A stretch of 64,000 nt of DNA from an uncultured Chloroflexia bacterium (GCA_963809215.1 CAWEIJ010000002.1:1326224-1390223), one strand, 5' to 3'; positions 1 through 10,135 are shown, counted from the first letter of the stretch. The notes: generated by a model not told the origin, from the letters alone. Numbers and translations are program-made.

Positions 1-474
1 CAGGAGCTCGAGGAGCGCGCGGGCCCGGATCGGACCGGCATCGGTCGCCGGGTCACCCGGACCCCGCGGCCCTGCCGCCTCGAGGAGGCGCGCCACTTCG
101 GTCACCCCGAGCGGGTCCGGCAGGAGACGCGGCTCCCGCGGCAGGTCGAGGTGCGCGGCCACGTCGACTCGGGCAAGGTCCTCGGCCAGCGCGAACCGAT
201 AGAAGGCGCGGATCGCGGCGGTCCGCCGGCGACGGCTCGTCGCGCGGAGGCGGACGCCCGACGGACCCGCCGTGCTCGCGAGCCGGCCCAGGTAGGCGAC
301 CGCGGGATCCGGGGAGCGTTCCCACCCCGCCCGCGCCTCGGGGCCACCCGCGAAGTCGCGCAGGTCGGCGCCGTACGCGGCCAGCGTCGCCGGGGAGAGC
401 CCACGCTCGACCTGCAGGTGGAGCAGGAACGCCTCGATCGCCGCGACCAGGTCAGGCGGAGTCCCGGCGGGCAT
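1..474 (-). CDS. xerD: Tyrosine recombinase XerD-like, N-terminal part (runs off the window edge)
   Basis: Manual translation from ATG 474 gives MPAGTPPDLVAAIEAFLLHLQVERGLSPATLAAYGADL...RRTAAIRAFYRF...LDLPREPRLLPDPL...RARALLELL, the Xer SAM-like domain and start of the catalytic domain. It lies downstream of recN. Absent from the ORF track because it is truncated. Confidence 0.85.
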   Translation of the reverse strand, partial: MPAGTPPDLVAAIEAFLLHLQVERGLSPATLAAYGADLRDFAGGPEARAGWERSPDPAVAYLGRLASTAGPSGVRLRATSRRRRTAAIRAFYRFALAEDLARVDVAAHLDLPREPRLLPDPLGVTEVARLLEAAGPRGPGDPATDAGPIRARALLELL

Positions 475-575
475 CGTGCGCTGCCGGCGCGACCGCCCGG
501 CGCGAGGAACCGGGGGTGCCGTGCGCGCCCGGCCGCGCGCCGTCGCGCCGCCCGCTCCAGCCTCGCCAGCGGCAG

Positions 576-2330
576 TCATCGCCGCGCGCGAGCGGGTGCC
601 GCCCGCGAGGACCGGAACGCGGCAGCACGGGCGAGCAGGTCGCGCGCCGACGCTGCGGCGGCGGCGCCGGCCGCGAGGCCGCCGATCATCGCCGCGAGCT
701 CCTCCAGCCGCTCATCGTCGCTCAGCCGTCGCACCTCCGTCACGGTCCGGCCACCTCGCTCGATCTTCCGGATCCCGAAGTGCGCGTCTGCGTAGGCGGC
801 GATCTGGGGAAGGTGGGTCACGCACAGGACCTGGTGCCGGCGCCCGAGCAGCCAGAGCGTCTGCGCGACCGGGTCGGCGCTGCGGCCCCCGATCCCGGAG
901 TCGATCTCGTCGAAGACGAGCGTGGGGGTCGCGTCCGCGGCCGCGAGCACCTCCTCGATGGCGAGCGCGACCCGGGAGAGCTCGCCGCCGGAGGCGATCT
1001 TCGCGAGCGGCCGTGCGGGCTCGCCCGGGTTCGGCGCGATCAGGTAGACGACGACATCCGCGCCGGTCGCGTCGAACGCGACGGCGTCGCCACCGAGCTC
1101 GATGGCCGGTTCGTCCGGCCCTGCCGCTCGTCGCCCGACCGCGACCTGGACCCGCGTCCCCTGGAGGCCGAGATCCGCGACCGCGGTCTCGATGGCCGCC
1201 GCCAGCGCCGTGGCGGCAGCGGCGCGGCGAGAGGACAGGGCGGCGCAGACCACTGCCACGGCCGCCAGGAGCCGCTCCGCGGCGGCGCGGCGCCGATCGC
1301 GCTCGGTGCCGAGGTGGCGGAGCCGCTCGATGTCGGCGGCCGCTTCCTCCGCGCGCACGACGAGGTGGTCGACGTCGGCGCCGTACCGCCGCTCGAGGCT
1401 GTACAGGGCCGAAAGCCGAGCCTCCAGGGCGGCGAGCGCCGCGGGGTCGTGATCGAGGGTGTCCGCCAGGCGGCGCGCCTCGAATGCGACGTCCTCGAGC
1501 TCCGCGGCCGCGCCCGCGAGGCGCTCCACGAGCGGTCCGTACCGGGCATCGAGGCGGGCGAGGGCCGCGGCCTCGGCGGCGGCGCGCGATGCCTGCTCGC
1601 GGGCCCCCGGCGTCCCCTCCGACTCCACGTCGCCGCCGGCGAGGAGGCCGGCAAGCGCCGCGGACCCGCGCGCGATCGCCTCGCCGTGGCGGGCCGCGTC
1701 GAGCCGGGCGCGGATCGCGGCCGCCTCGCCCGGGACGGGTCGCGCCGTGGTGATCTCCTCGACCTCGTGCTCCAGGAGCGCGACCCTGCGTTCCAGCTCG
1801 AGCGGGTCGATCGCCAGCGACGCGAGCGCGGCCTCGTTGTCCCGCCAGGCCGCCACGGCGGCCGCGACGGCAGTCCGCTCCGCGGCATGGCCGCCGTACG
1901 CGTCGAGCAGCTCGCGCTGCCAGCGCTCGTCGAGGAGGCGGCCCTGGTCCCGCTGCCCGTGGATCTCGACGAGCGGCCCGGCCACGCCCGCAAGGCGCCC
2001 CGCGGTCACCGTCTCGTCGTCGACGCGGGCGACCGAGCGGCCGTTGGCTCCGACCTCGCGGACGCACAGGAGCGCTTCCGGGAGCCGGTCGAAGAGCGCC
2101 TCCACGCGGGCGACCTCCGCGCCATGCCGAACGAGGCCCGGATCCGCGCGCGCACCCAGGGCAAGGCCGAGCGCGTCGATGAGGAGGCTCTTGCCGGCCC
2201 CGGTCTCGCCGGTCAGCACGTTGAACCCGTCCGCGAACGTGATCCGGACGCGCTCGATCAGCGCGAGGTCGGCGACCGCCAGCTCGAGGAGACGCCCGGC
2301 GGCGAGCTCGGGGCCGCGCGGGTCGGCCAT
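576..2330 (-). CDS. recN: DNA repair protein RecN
   Basis: FNVLTGETGAGKS Walker A, VEIHGQ, IASGGELSRVALA signature, LVFDEIDSGIGG, QVLCVTHLPQIAA. ATG at 2330 sits just after the nadK stop. Confidence 0.96.
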   Translation of the reverse strand: MADPRGPELAAGRLLELAVADLALIERVRITFADGFNVLTGETGAGKSLLIDALGLALGARADPGLVRHGAEVARVEALFDRLPEALLCVREVGANGRSVARVDDETVTAGRLAGVAGPLVEIHGQRDQGRLLDERWQRELLDAYGGHAAERTAVAAAVAAWRDNEAALASLAIDPLELERRVALLEHEVEEITTARPVPGEAAAIRARLDAARHGEAIARGSAALAGLLAGGDVESEGTPGAREQASRAAAEAAALARLDARYGPLVERLAGAAAELEDVAFEARRLADTLDHDPAALAALEARLSALYSLERRYGADVDHLVVRAEEAAADIERLRHLGTERDRRRAAAERLLAAVAVVCAALSSRRAAAATALAAAIETAVADLGLQGTRVQVAVGRRAAGPDEPAIELGGDAVAFDATGADVVVYLIAPNPGEPARPLAKIASGGELSRVALAIEEVLAAADATPTLVFDEIDSGIGGRSADPVAQTLWLLGRRHQVLCVTHLPQIAAYADAHFGIRKIERGGRTVTEVRRLSDDERLEELAAMIGGLAAGAAAAASARDLLARAAAFRSSRAAPARARR

Positions 2331-2332
2331 CC

Positions 2333-3181
2333 TCAGGAGGGCAGCAGCTGCGCCTTCTGGCGCAGCAGGTCCCAGAACGGGAGCGCGCCGTCCGGCTCGA
2401 GGAAGCGCACGGGGCGCTCGAGCGCCGCGACCGTCACCACGTCGCCCACCGAGAGGCGGACGTCCTCGCGACCGTCGATCGAGACGAGCGCCTCGTGGGC
2501 CTCCGCGATTCGACAGCGAACCACGTGATCGGGGCTGACCACGACCGAGCGGATGGCCGACAGGTAGGCGGCGATCGGCGAGACGATCAGGTTGCGGCTC
2601 AGTGGATCGAGGATCGGGCCGCCCGCCGAGAACGAGTAGCCGGTGGAGCCGGTCGGGCTGGCCACGACGAGGCCGTCCGCGACGTACGTCGCCAGGTGGG
2701 ACGGCCCGATGTCCACCTCGAGCCGGACGACCCGGGCCAGCGACCCGCGCGCGACCACGACATCGTTGAGCGCGACGAACGTGCGCCGCGGCGCGCCACC
2801 GCCCGGCCCGTGGATCGCCCCTCGCAGGGCCATCCGCGGCTCGATCCTGAAGGCCCCGGTCCGGAGCTTCTCCAGGAGCGGCTCCAGCTCGTGCGCCTCG
2901 GCCTTGGACAGGAACCCGACCTTGCCGAGGTTGACGCCGACGAGCGGGACGTCGACCTCGGTGACGGCCCGCGCCGCATGGAGGAACGTGCCGTCCCCGC
3001 CGAGCACGACGAGCACCTGCGTCCCGGGCAGCGCGTGGACCAGGCGCTCGTGATCCGCGGCGGCGACCGTCCAGGACTCGAGCCCGCGCACGGCGCACCA
3101 GCCGCTGGCGCGGTTCGCGAGCTCGACCGCGTCCTCGTTCGTGGGGTTGTAGGCGAAGCCGATCCGCCGGATCTCGGTCAT
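2333..3181 (-). CDS. nadK: NAD(+) kinase
   Basis: VLGGDGTFL, GVNLGKVGFL, ALNDVVV, ADGLVVASPTGSTGYSFSAGGP. The ATG overlaps the corrected tlyA stop (ATGA). Confidence 0.95.
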   Translation of the reverse strand: MTEIRRIGFAYNPTNEDAVELANRASGWCAVRGLESWTVAAADHERLVHALPGTQVLVVLGGDGTFLHAARAVTEVDVPLVGVNLGKVGFLSKAEAHELEPLLEKLRTGAFRIEPRMALRGAIHGPGGGAPRRTFVALNDVVVARGSLARVVRLEVDIGPSHLATYVADGLVVASPTGSTGYSFSAGGPILDPLSRNLIVSPIAAYLSAIRSVVVSPDHVVRCRIAEAHEALVSIDGREDVRLSVGDVVTVAALERPVRFLEPDGALPFWDLLRQKAQLLPS

Positions 3182-4060
3182 GGGGCCGTGCAGGCCGCCA
3201 CGCGTGCCGCCAGGTCCAGCCGCGCGGAGCCCGCCGGCGCGGCCGGGGCGGCCGGGTCGGGCACGCCGAGGTGCGCGAAGAACTCGCGGTTGCCTGCCGG
3301 GCCGAGCAGCGGCGAGCGCGATCACGTCGATCGGGTCGAGACCGAGCCCGGCGGCCGTCCGCAGGACCCGCTCGAGGACCGAACGGTGGACGGCCGGGTC
3401 GCGGACGACCCCGCCGGGCACCTCTCCGCGGCCGGCCTCGAACTGCGGCTTGACGAGCGCGACGATGCGGCCGCCGGGCGCGACGCAGCGCGTCACCGGC
3501 CCCAGCACGAGCGCGAGCGAGATGAACGCGACATCGATGACCGCGAGCGAGACGGGCTCGCCGAGCACCGCCGGCTCCAGGTGCCGGGCATTCACGCGGT
3601 CGTGGACGATCACCCGGGGGTCGCCGGCGAGCGATGCCGCGAGCTGGCCGCGGCCGACGTCGACGGCATGGACGCGGGACGCGCCGCGCTGCAGGAGGGC
3701 GTCGGTGAAACCTCCCGTCGACGCCCCGGCGTCCAGGCAGACCAGGCCGGCCGGATCCACCCCGAAGGCGTCGAGCGCCCCGGCCAGCTTCTCGCCCCCG
3801 CGCGAGACGAAGGGCAGCGGGGTCGCCACCTCGAGGGCCAGCGAGCCGTCGACGAGGTCGCCCGGCTTCCGGTCGAAGCGGGCCGCGTCGCCCGCCCCGA
3901 CCCGGACGCGGCCGGCGAGGAGGAGCGCCTGCGCACGGCTCCGCGTCTCGGCGAGCCCGCGCTCGACGAGGAGCTGGTCCAGACGCACCCGCCCGGCGCG
4001 CGGCGGACGTGCCGATCCCCCTGGCGCTGTCGGGCGTTCCACGCGGCCGGCGGTGCTCAC
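3178..4060 (-). CDS. tlyA: TlyA family rRNA 2'-O-methyltransferase (one extra base near 3316, probably a sequencing error)
   Basis: RLDQLLVERGL S4 domain, FVSRGGEKL, LDAGASTGGFTD, VDVG, LVKPQFE. The conserved end SPLLGPAGNREFF is in a shifted frame and stops at TGA 3178. Confidence 0.9.
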
Positions 4061-4116
4061 GTCGCGATCATGCCACGGGCCGCTGCACTCCGGCGCATCC
4101 GGGCGCACCGGCTCCG

Positions 4117-6168
4117 TCAGGCGTGCGCCGGCGCGGACGAGGGCCGGGCGGGAGTCGCCGGTGGAGCGGCGCGGAGCATGGCCAGCGTCTCCCGCACCTG
4201 GGCCAGGATCCCCGGGCTGTCGAGGCGGATCAGCCGGCGCAGGTCGCCCACCGACCCGTGGTCCACGAAACGGTCCCCGGGGATGCCGACGATGCGGAGC
4301 CCCACCTCGCGGTACGCCGGGTCCGCCAGTCGGGCCTCCTCGAGAACCTCGAGGACCGCGGAGCCGAACCCGCCGATGGCGGTGCTCTCCTCGAGCGTCA
4401 CCACGAGTCGCTTCCCGCGGGCCTGGTCCAGGATGAGCTGGCGGTCCAGCGGCTTGAGGAAGCGAGCGTTGATCACGCCGACGGACCAGCCCTCGGCGGC
4501 CAGCGCGTCGGCGACCTCGAGCCCGCGCGCGACGATCGGCCCGAATCCGACGAGCAGGATGTCGTTGCCCTCCCGGAGGACCTCGCCGCGCCCGACGGGC
4601 AGGATCTCGGGCGTACGCTCGGGCACGCCGAAGCCGGCATCGCGCGGGTAGTTGAGCGCGAAGGGGTGGTCCTGGGCGAGCGCGGTCCGGACGAGCGACC
4701 GCAGCTCCTGCTCGTCCCTGGGCGCGGCGATGACGAGGTTCGGGATCTGGCGGTGGGCCGGGTACGAGAACATTCCCTGGTGGCTCGTGCCGTCCTCGCC
4801 GACGAGGCCGGCGCGGTCCACGCCGATGAGGATCGGCTGGTCGTTCTGGGCGGCATCGTGGACGATCTGGTCGAAGGCGCGCTGCAGGAACGTGGCGTAG
4901 ATCGCCACGATCGGCCGGCCCCCGCCGAGCGCGATCCCGGTCGCGAGCGCGACCGCGTGCTGCTCCGCGATCCCCACGTCGATGAACCTGTCCGGGAACT
5001 CGGCCTGGAAGCGGTTGAGGCCGGTCCCGGTCGGCATGCCCGCGGTGATCGCGACGATCCGGCGGTCCTCGCGGGCGGCGGCCACGACCTCCTGGGCGAA
5101 GTGATACGTGTAGTTGGGCTGCCTCGACTGTGCGGCCTGCTCGGCCGCCGGTCGGACGGCGCTCCCGTTGCGCGACCCGGCGCCGGTGGAGACGGCGCTG
5201 ATCTCGCCGGCGCCGAACGGGCTCGCCTGCCTTCCGCGGGGCGACTCGGCCGGGTCCGACATCGGCGGCAGCGCCGCGCCGTGGAAGCCCACCTGGTCCT
5301 TCTCCGCCGGGTGATAGCCGCGGCCTTTCTGGGTCCTGACGTGGACGAGCACGGGCACGTCGAGGGCGAGCGCGCTGCGGAAGGTGTGCTCGAGCATCCG
5401 CAGGTCATGGCCCGGCACGACGCCGATGTACGTGATGCCGAGGTCCTCGAAGAGCTGGCCGGGCTGGGCGAAGCTGACGACCGACTTCCGGACGCGCCGG
5501 CTGAACTCCAGGGCCGTCGGCCCGACCATCGGCACGCGCTCGACGAACTGGTCGTAGCCACGCTTCGACTGTTGCCAGGCGGTCGAGAGCTTGATCTCGG
5601 ACAGGTACTTGGAGAGTGCCCCGACCGACGGGCTGATCGACATCTCGTTGTCGTTGAGGACGATGAGGACCGGCGTGTGGCGATGGCCGAGGTCGTTGAG
5701 CGCCTCGAGCGAGAGCCCGCTCATCAGCGCGGCATCGCCGACGACGACCGCGATCCGTTCCATGCCATGGCGGACGTCGCGCGCCGTGGCAAGTCCTGCG
5801 GCGATCGAAAGGCCCGTGCCCGCGTGCCCGCCGTCGAACACGTCGTGGTCCGACTCGCTGCGACGCGGGAACCCGCCCACGCCACCGAGCTGGCGGAGCG
5901 TGCCGAACCGCGCGTAGCGACCGGTCAGGAGCTTGTGCGGGTAGGCCTGGTGTCCGGTGTCCCAGACGATCCGGTCGCGCGGCGACTCGAGGATCCGGTG
6001 GAGCGCCAGGGTGATCTCCACGACGCCGAGCGAGGAGCCGAGATGGCCACCGGTCGTCGCGACCGTCGCGATGATGGTTCTCCGGATCTCCTCGGCGAGC
6101 TCCGCGAGCCGTCGCTCGCTGAGGCCGCGAAGATCGCCCGGGCCCTGGAGTGTCGGGAGGATCGCCAC
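4117..6168 (-). CDS. dxs: 1-deoxy-D-xylulose-5-phosphate synthase
   Basis: GGHLGSSLG, WDTGHQAYPHK, VGDAALMSG...LNDNEMSI TPP motif, DVGIAEQHA, FLQRAFDQ, DRAGLVGEDG. Confidence 0.97.
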   Translation of the reverse strand: MAILPTLQGPGDLRGLSERRLAELAEEIRRTIIATVATTGGHLGSSLGVVEITLALHRILESPRDRIVWDTGHQAYPHKLLTGRYARFGTLRQLGGVGGFPRRSESDHDVFDGGHAGTGLSIAAGLATARDVRHGMERIAVVVGDAALMSGLSLEALNDLGHRHTPVLIVLNDNEMSISPSVGALSKYLSEIKLSTAWQQSKRGYDQFVERVPMVGPTALEFSRRVRKSVVSFAQPGQLFEDLGITYIGVVPGHDLRMLEHTFRSALALDVPVLVHVRTQKGRGYHPAEKDQVGFHGAALPPMSDPAESPRGRQASPFGAGEISAVSTGAGSRNGSAVRPAAEQAAQSRQPNYTYHFAQEVVAAAREDRRIVAITAGMPTGTGLNRFQAEFPDRFIDVGIAEQHAVALATGIALGGGRPIVAIYATFLQRAFDQIVHDAAQNDQPILIGVDRAGLVGEDGTSHQGMFSYPAHRQIPNLVIAAPRDEQELRSLVRTALAQDHPFALNYPRDAGFGVPERTPEILPVGRGEVLREGNDILLVGFGPIVARGLEVADALAAEGWSVGVINARFLKPLDRQLILDQARGKRLVVTLEESTAIGGFGSAVLEVLEEARLADPAYREVGLRIVGIPGDRFVDHGSVGDLRRLIRLDSPGILAQVRETLAMLRAAPPATPARPSSAPAHA

Positions 6169-6282
6169 GTGCTGGCTCCTTGGTTCGACGTGGTATGCGC
6201 CGCGGCCGGGGGAACCTGCCCGGCCCGCGCTCGAGGCGACCGGCGGCCGCCGGGCTCGCGCCCACCGGGTGGCCCCGGGAGT

Positions 6283-6576
6283 CTACTCCGCGGGCGCCGG
6301 GAGGGCGCCTGGCGGCGTGTCGGCGGCGGCTTCGTCGAGCCGGAGCTCGGCCACGGCGAGCGCGCCGCGGGCCCCCTCGACGAGGCGCCGGACGCGAAGC
6401 TCCGCGTCGGCGAGGAGCTGCTCGCAGCGCTGCTCCAGGGCCACCCCCCGCTCGTACCGGGCGATGGTCTGCTCCAGGGGAAGGCCGCCCGCCTCGAGCT
6501 CGGCGACGGTCCGCTCGAGCTCCGCGAGGGCCGCGTCGAAGGTCAGGGTGTCGAGCGGCGCCGGCCCCTCAGCCAC
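6283..6576 (-). CDS. xseB: Exodeoxyribonuclease VII small subunit
   Basis: TFDAALAELERTVAELEAGGLPLEQTIARYERGVAL...LADAELRV. GTG start at 6576 with a GGAGG RBS upstream. Confidence 0.92.
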   Translation of the reverse strand: MAEGPAPLDTLTFDAALAELERTVAELEAGGLPLEQTIARYERGVALEQRCEQLLADAELRVRRLVEGARGALAVAELRLDEAAADTPPGALPAPAE

Positions 6577-6769
6577 GAATCTCGCCTCCGTCCTCGTCCG
6601 GCTCGTCGCCACGGCCCGGCCGCGACCCGTCCTCTGCCTCGACGGCGTTCACGACGCCCGACCGCCGGTCGTTCCAGGCGCCAAGCCGCCGCCCGGCGAG
6701 CATACCAAGGACGATCCCGGCCGCCCCGATCACCGCGACGAGGACGACGAAGACGACGAGGTCAGCCAT
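6569..6769 (-). CDS. Small single-pass membrane protein (66 aa), unknown function
   Basis: MADLVVFVVLVAVIGAAGIVLGMLAGRR plus an acidic tail. It overlaps the xseA stop and the xseB start by 8 nt each, filling the gap exactly. GGAGG precedes the ATG. Confidence 0.7.
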   Translation of the reverse strand: MADLVVFVVLVAVIGAAGIVLGMLAGRRLGAWNDRRSGVVNAVEAEDGSRPGRGDEPDEDGGEIRG

Positions 6770-8174
6770 CCGCCTCGCCCTCCGCCCGCGCGGCCAGCTC
6801 GCCGCGGGCCACGCGGAGGCGCAGCCTCGTGCCTGCAGGCGACTCGGCCGGATCACGGACGATCGCGCCATCCTCGGCGCGGCGGACGATCGCGTATCCG
6901 CGTGCGAGCGTCGCCTCCGGGCCAAGGGCCCCGAGGGCGGCGGACGCGGTCGCGAGCCGGCCACGCTCGAGGCGGAGGCGTCCCGCGGCAAGGGGCTCGA
7001 GCGCTCGCCCTGCACGCTCCGCGGCGCGCCGGTCTACTGCGACGCGATCCGACACGGCAGCGGTCGCGCGGTCGAGGAGGTACCCGGCGCGCTCACGGGC
7101 GGCCGCCAGGCGCGTCGCCGGCCGGAGGCCCTCCAGCGCTCGCCGCTCCGCCGCCACCCGCCGGGACGACGCCGCGACCGCCCGCGCCGCGGCCTCGTCC
7201 AGACGGCGCCGACGCCCGCGCAGCGCCACGATCACGTCCAGCCGGTCGGGCACCGCGAGCTCGGCCGCTGCGGACGGCGTCGGCGCCCGGACGTCGGCCG
7301 CGAAGTCCGCGAGGGTCACGTCCGTCTCGTGGCCGACGCCGCTCACCACAGGGACGGGATGGGCCGCGATGGCCCGGACGACGCGCTCGTCGTTGAACGC
7401 GAAGAGGTCCTCGAGCGATCCGCCGCCGCGGGCGAGGATCACGAGCCCGGGTGCGTCCCCGGGTCGGCCGTCGTCCCGGCACGCGGCGTCGTAGCGCGCC
7501 AGCCGGCTCAATGCCGCGACGACCGTCTCCGCGGCGCCGTCTCCCTGGACCCGGCAGGCGCTCACCAGCACGCCGACCATCGGCCAGCGTCGCGCCAGCA
7601 CGCGCCGGATGTCGTGAATGACCGCGCCCGACAGGCTGGTGACGACGGCGATCGTGGCGGGACGGACGGGCAGCGGGCGCTTGCGCCGGGCGTCGAAGAG
7701 GCCTTCCGCCGCGAGCCGGGCCTTCGTCTGCTCGAAGCGCAGGGCCAGGTCGCCGAAGCCGGCCGGCTGGATCGCGCCGACGTAGCACTGGTAGACGCCC
7801 TGGGCGTCGAAGACGTCGATCCGGCCGTGCACGATCACGCGCATCCCGGCCTGCGGCTCGAAGGCGCTCGCCTGGCGGTCCTCCCGGAAGAAGACGCAGG
7901 CGAGCTGGCTCTTCTCGTCGCGGAGGGTGAAGTAGGCATGGCCGGCCGAGCTCACCGTCACCCTGCCCACCTCGCCCTCGACCCACAGGTCTGCCAGCCG
8001 CGGATCCCCGCGGACCGCGTCGCGGACCGCATGGGTGAGCTCGGTGACGCCGAGGATGCGCAGCCCGAACGCCCCGGCCGGGCGGTCCGGGCGCGATCGA
8101 TCGGCCGGCCGCGTCCCGAGGTCGAGCGCGTCCCAGGCCGGGAGGGCCCAGTCCGGGGGCTCCGACTCGGGCAC
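6762..8174 (-). CDS. xseA: Exodeoxyribonuclease VII large subunit
   Basis: OB fold LWVEGEV...GHAYFTLRD, ILARGGGSLEDLFAFNDE, SGVGHETD, RAPTPSAAAE, TLARGYAIV. Start codon uncertain. Confidence 0.95.
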   Translation of the reverse strand: MPESEPPDWALPAWDALDLGTRPADRSRPDRPAGAFGLRILGVTELTHAVRDAVRGDPRLADLWVEGEVGRVTVSSAGHAYFTLRDEKSQLACVFFREDRQASAFEPQAGMRVIVHGRIDVFDAQGVYQCYVGAIQPAGFGDLALRFEQTKARLAAEGLFDARRKRPLPVRPATIAVVTSLSGAVIHDIRRVLARRWPMVGVLVSACRVQGDGAAETVVAALSRLARYDAACRDDGRPGDAPGLVILARGGGSLEDLFAFNDERVVRAIAAHPVPVVSGVGHETDVTLADFAADVRAPTPSAAAELAVPDRLDVIVALRGRRRRLDEAAARAVAASSRRVAAERRALEGLRPATRLAAARERAGYLLDRATAAVSDRVAVDRRAAERAGRALEPLAAGRLRLERGRLATASAALGALGPEATLARGYAIVRRAEDGAIVRDPAESPAGTRLRLRVARGELAARAEGEADG

Positions 8175-8212
8175 GAAGGCGGGATCCGACGCCGCGCTGC
8201 GCCTGGCCGCGG

Positions 8213-8770
8213 CTACAGGCGGGTCTGGTACTCGCCGGTGCGCGTGTCGACCCGGATGGTGTCGCCCTCGGTCACGAAGAGCGGCACCGAGACGATGAGG
8301 CCCGACTCCGTGGTGGCGGGCTTGCGCGCACCGGTCGCCGTGTCGCCCGCGAAGCCCGGGTCCGTCTCGACGACGACGAGGTCGACCGTGATCGGCAGCT
8401 CCACGCCGAGCGTCTCGCCGTCGTAGCTGATCCGGTCGAGCGTCATCCCGTCCTTCATGTAGTTGACGGCGTCATCGAGCTGGTCCGCGTTGAGGTGGAA
8501 CTGCTCGTACGTCTCCATCTCCATGAAGTGGAAGGCGTCGCCGTCGCGGTACATGAACTGGATGGGGCGCCGGTCCAGCTGCGCCCGCGGCCACCTCTCA
8601 CCGGCCTGGAAGGACTTCTCGACGATCGAGCCCTTCTTCACGTTCTTGAGCTTGATCCGGACCTGGGCCGAGCCCCGGCCCATCTTGATGTGGTGGTAGT
8701 CGAGGATCTGCCAGAGGTCGCCGTCGAGCTCGATGACGACGCCCTTGTGCAGCTCGCCGGTGGAGATCAT
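8213..8770 (-). CDS. efp: Translation elongation factor P (Arg-type tip loop KMGRG)
   Basis: HIKMGRGSAQVRIKLKN, FMEMETYEQ, PGFAGDTATG, VPLFVTEGD, VDTRTGEY. Confidence 0.97.
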   Translation of the reverse strand: MISTGELHKGVVIELDGDLWQILDYHHIKMGRGSAQVRIKLKNVKKGSIVEKSFQAGERWPRAQLDRRPIQFMYRDGDAFHFMEMETYEQFHLNADQLDDAVNYMKDGMTLDRISYDGETLGVELPITVDLVVVETDPGFAGDTATGARKPATTESGLIVSVPLFVTEGDTIRVDTRTGEYQTRL

Positions 8771-8839
8771 GGAAGGCTCCCTCGGGGGCCGGCGGGGACA
8801 TGCGCACGCCGGCGCAGCTGGTCGTGATGGTGCGGTGGA

Positions 8840-8848
8840 TCGTAGCAG
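8840..8848 (-). promoter_or_regulatory. Putative extended -10 promoter element (TGcTACGAT) for efp
   Basis: TGn-TAnnnT motif in the intergenic region about 70 nt upstream of efp. Confidence 0.4.
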
Positions 8849-8914
8849 ACGGCGCGGTCCCGACCGGCGACCCGGGCGTCCATCGCGCCGACGGGCGCAC
8901 GCGCGGTCAGGCGA

Positions 8915-10135
8915 TCAGCCGACGACGAGCACCTCGCGGGGGAAGCGGGTGAGGCGGTCGACGCGGCCAGCCGCCGCGTCGAAGTGGACGAGGTCCTCGA
9001 TCCGCACGCCCGTCCGCCCGTCCAGGTAGACGCCGGGCTCGACGGAGAAGACCGTGGGGCTCGGCAGCGGCGCCTCCGACGCCACGCGCGAGAGCGACGG
9101 GGCCTCGTGCGTGGCAAGGCCGATCCCGTGGCCGGTGCCGTGCCCGAAATGCTCCCCATGACCGGCCGCGGCGATGGTGTCGCGGGCCGCCGCGTCGGCG
9201 GCCCGCCCGTTCGGGACCGTCCCGGCCGCGAGCGATGCCTCCAGGTACGCGATCGCGGCCGCCTGCGCGCGGGCAACGAGCTCGTGGATCGCGAGATCCC
9301 GCGGCCGCGGCTCGCCGACGAAGAACGTCCGGGTCATGTCGCTCCGATAGCCGGCCACCTGCGCCCCGAAGTCGAACAGCAGGACCTGGCCGGCGCGGAC
9401 CCGCCGCGCTCCGGGCGATCCGTGGGGCAGCGCTGCCTGGGGGCCGGCGAGTGCCGCCACGTCGAACGCGAGCGCCTCGGCCCCGCCTTCCCGCATGAGC
9501 GTCTCGAGCCGCCATGCAAGCGCCGCCTCCGTCATGCCCGGCCGGATCTCCGGCAGGAGCGCCGCGAGCGCCCGGTCCGCGACCGCGCATGCCGCGGCGA
9601 TGCGCTCGACCTCGGCCGGCTCCTTGAGCGCTCGCTGCTCGGCGACCCACGGGCCGGCCGGCACGAGCTCCACGCCGGGCGCGGCCGTGGCCAGGTCGCC
9701 CCACAGGGCGTGACCGATGTCGGCCGCGGGCACCGCGACCCGGCGCGCGCCGATCGAGGCGCAGAGCTCGGCCCACCGTGCGGGCAGGTCGTACGTGACG
9801 GCGTCGACCCGCGCGTCGACTGCTTCGCGACGTGCCTGGAGCGTGTACCGGCTGTCGGCGAGCACGACGACCGCGTCCCCCGAGACGAGGAACCGCCCGG
9901 AGTGGCCCGCGACCTTCTCCTCGCCCTCGCCGAGCGCGACCCCGGTCAGGTAGCGGATCTCCTCGCGGCCGAGGCCGAAGTATGCATCGAGCCCCGCGGC
10001 GGCCAGGCGGGACCGGAGGCGGGCCAGCCGCGAGGGACGCGCGTCTCGATCCGCCTCGTCCCAGGCGCGCCGTCGACGAGCGCCCGGAGGCGAGGCGAAG
10101 TCGGCAGGGTCCGGCAGGCGCCCGGCCCTCGTCAC
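8915..10135 (-). CDS. Xaa-Pro aminopeptidase (M24B)
   Basis: Creatinase-like N-domain, then ALPHG, FDFGA...YRSDMTRT, FGHGTGHGIGLATHEAP, FSVEPGVY, GVRIEDLV. GTG overlaps the mltG stop. Classic neighbour of efp. Confidence 0.92.
   Translation of the reverse strand: MTRAGRLPDPADFASPPGARRRRAWDEADRDARPSRLARLRSRLAAAGLDAYFGLGREEIRYLTGVALGEGEEKVAGHSGRFLVSGDAVVVLADSRYTLQARREAVDARVDAVTYDLPARWAELCASIGARRVAVPAADIGHALWGDLATAAPGVELVPAGPWVAEQRALKEPAEVERIAAACAVADRALAALLPEIRPGMTEAALAWRLETLMREGGAEALAFDVAALAGPQAALPHGSPGARRVRAGQVLLFDFGAQVAGYRSDMTRTFFVGEPRPRDLAIHELVARAQAAAIAYLEASLAAGTVPNGRAADAAARDTIAAAGHGEHFGHGTGHGIGLATHEAPSLSRVASEAPLPSPTVFSVEPGVYLDGRTGVRIEDLVHFDAAAGRVDRLTRFPREVLVVG

Noticed and set aside
2333-4108. 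Apparent TlyA-NAD kinase fusion
   Set aside because: The true TlyA C-terminus (SPLLGPAGNREFF) is in another frame and ends in an ATGA overlap with nadK. One extra base near 3316 explains it.
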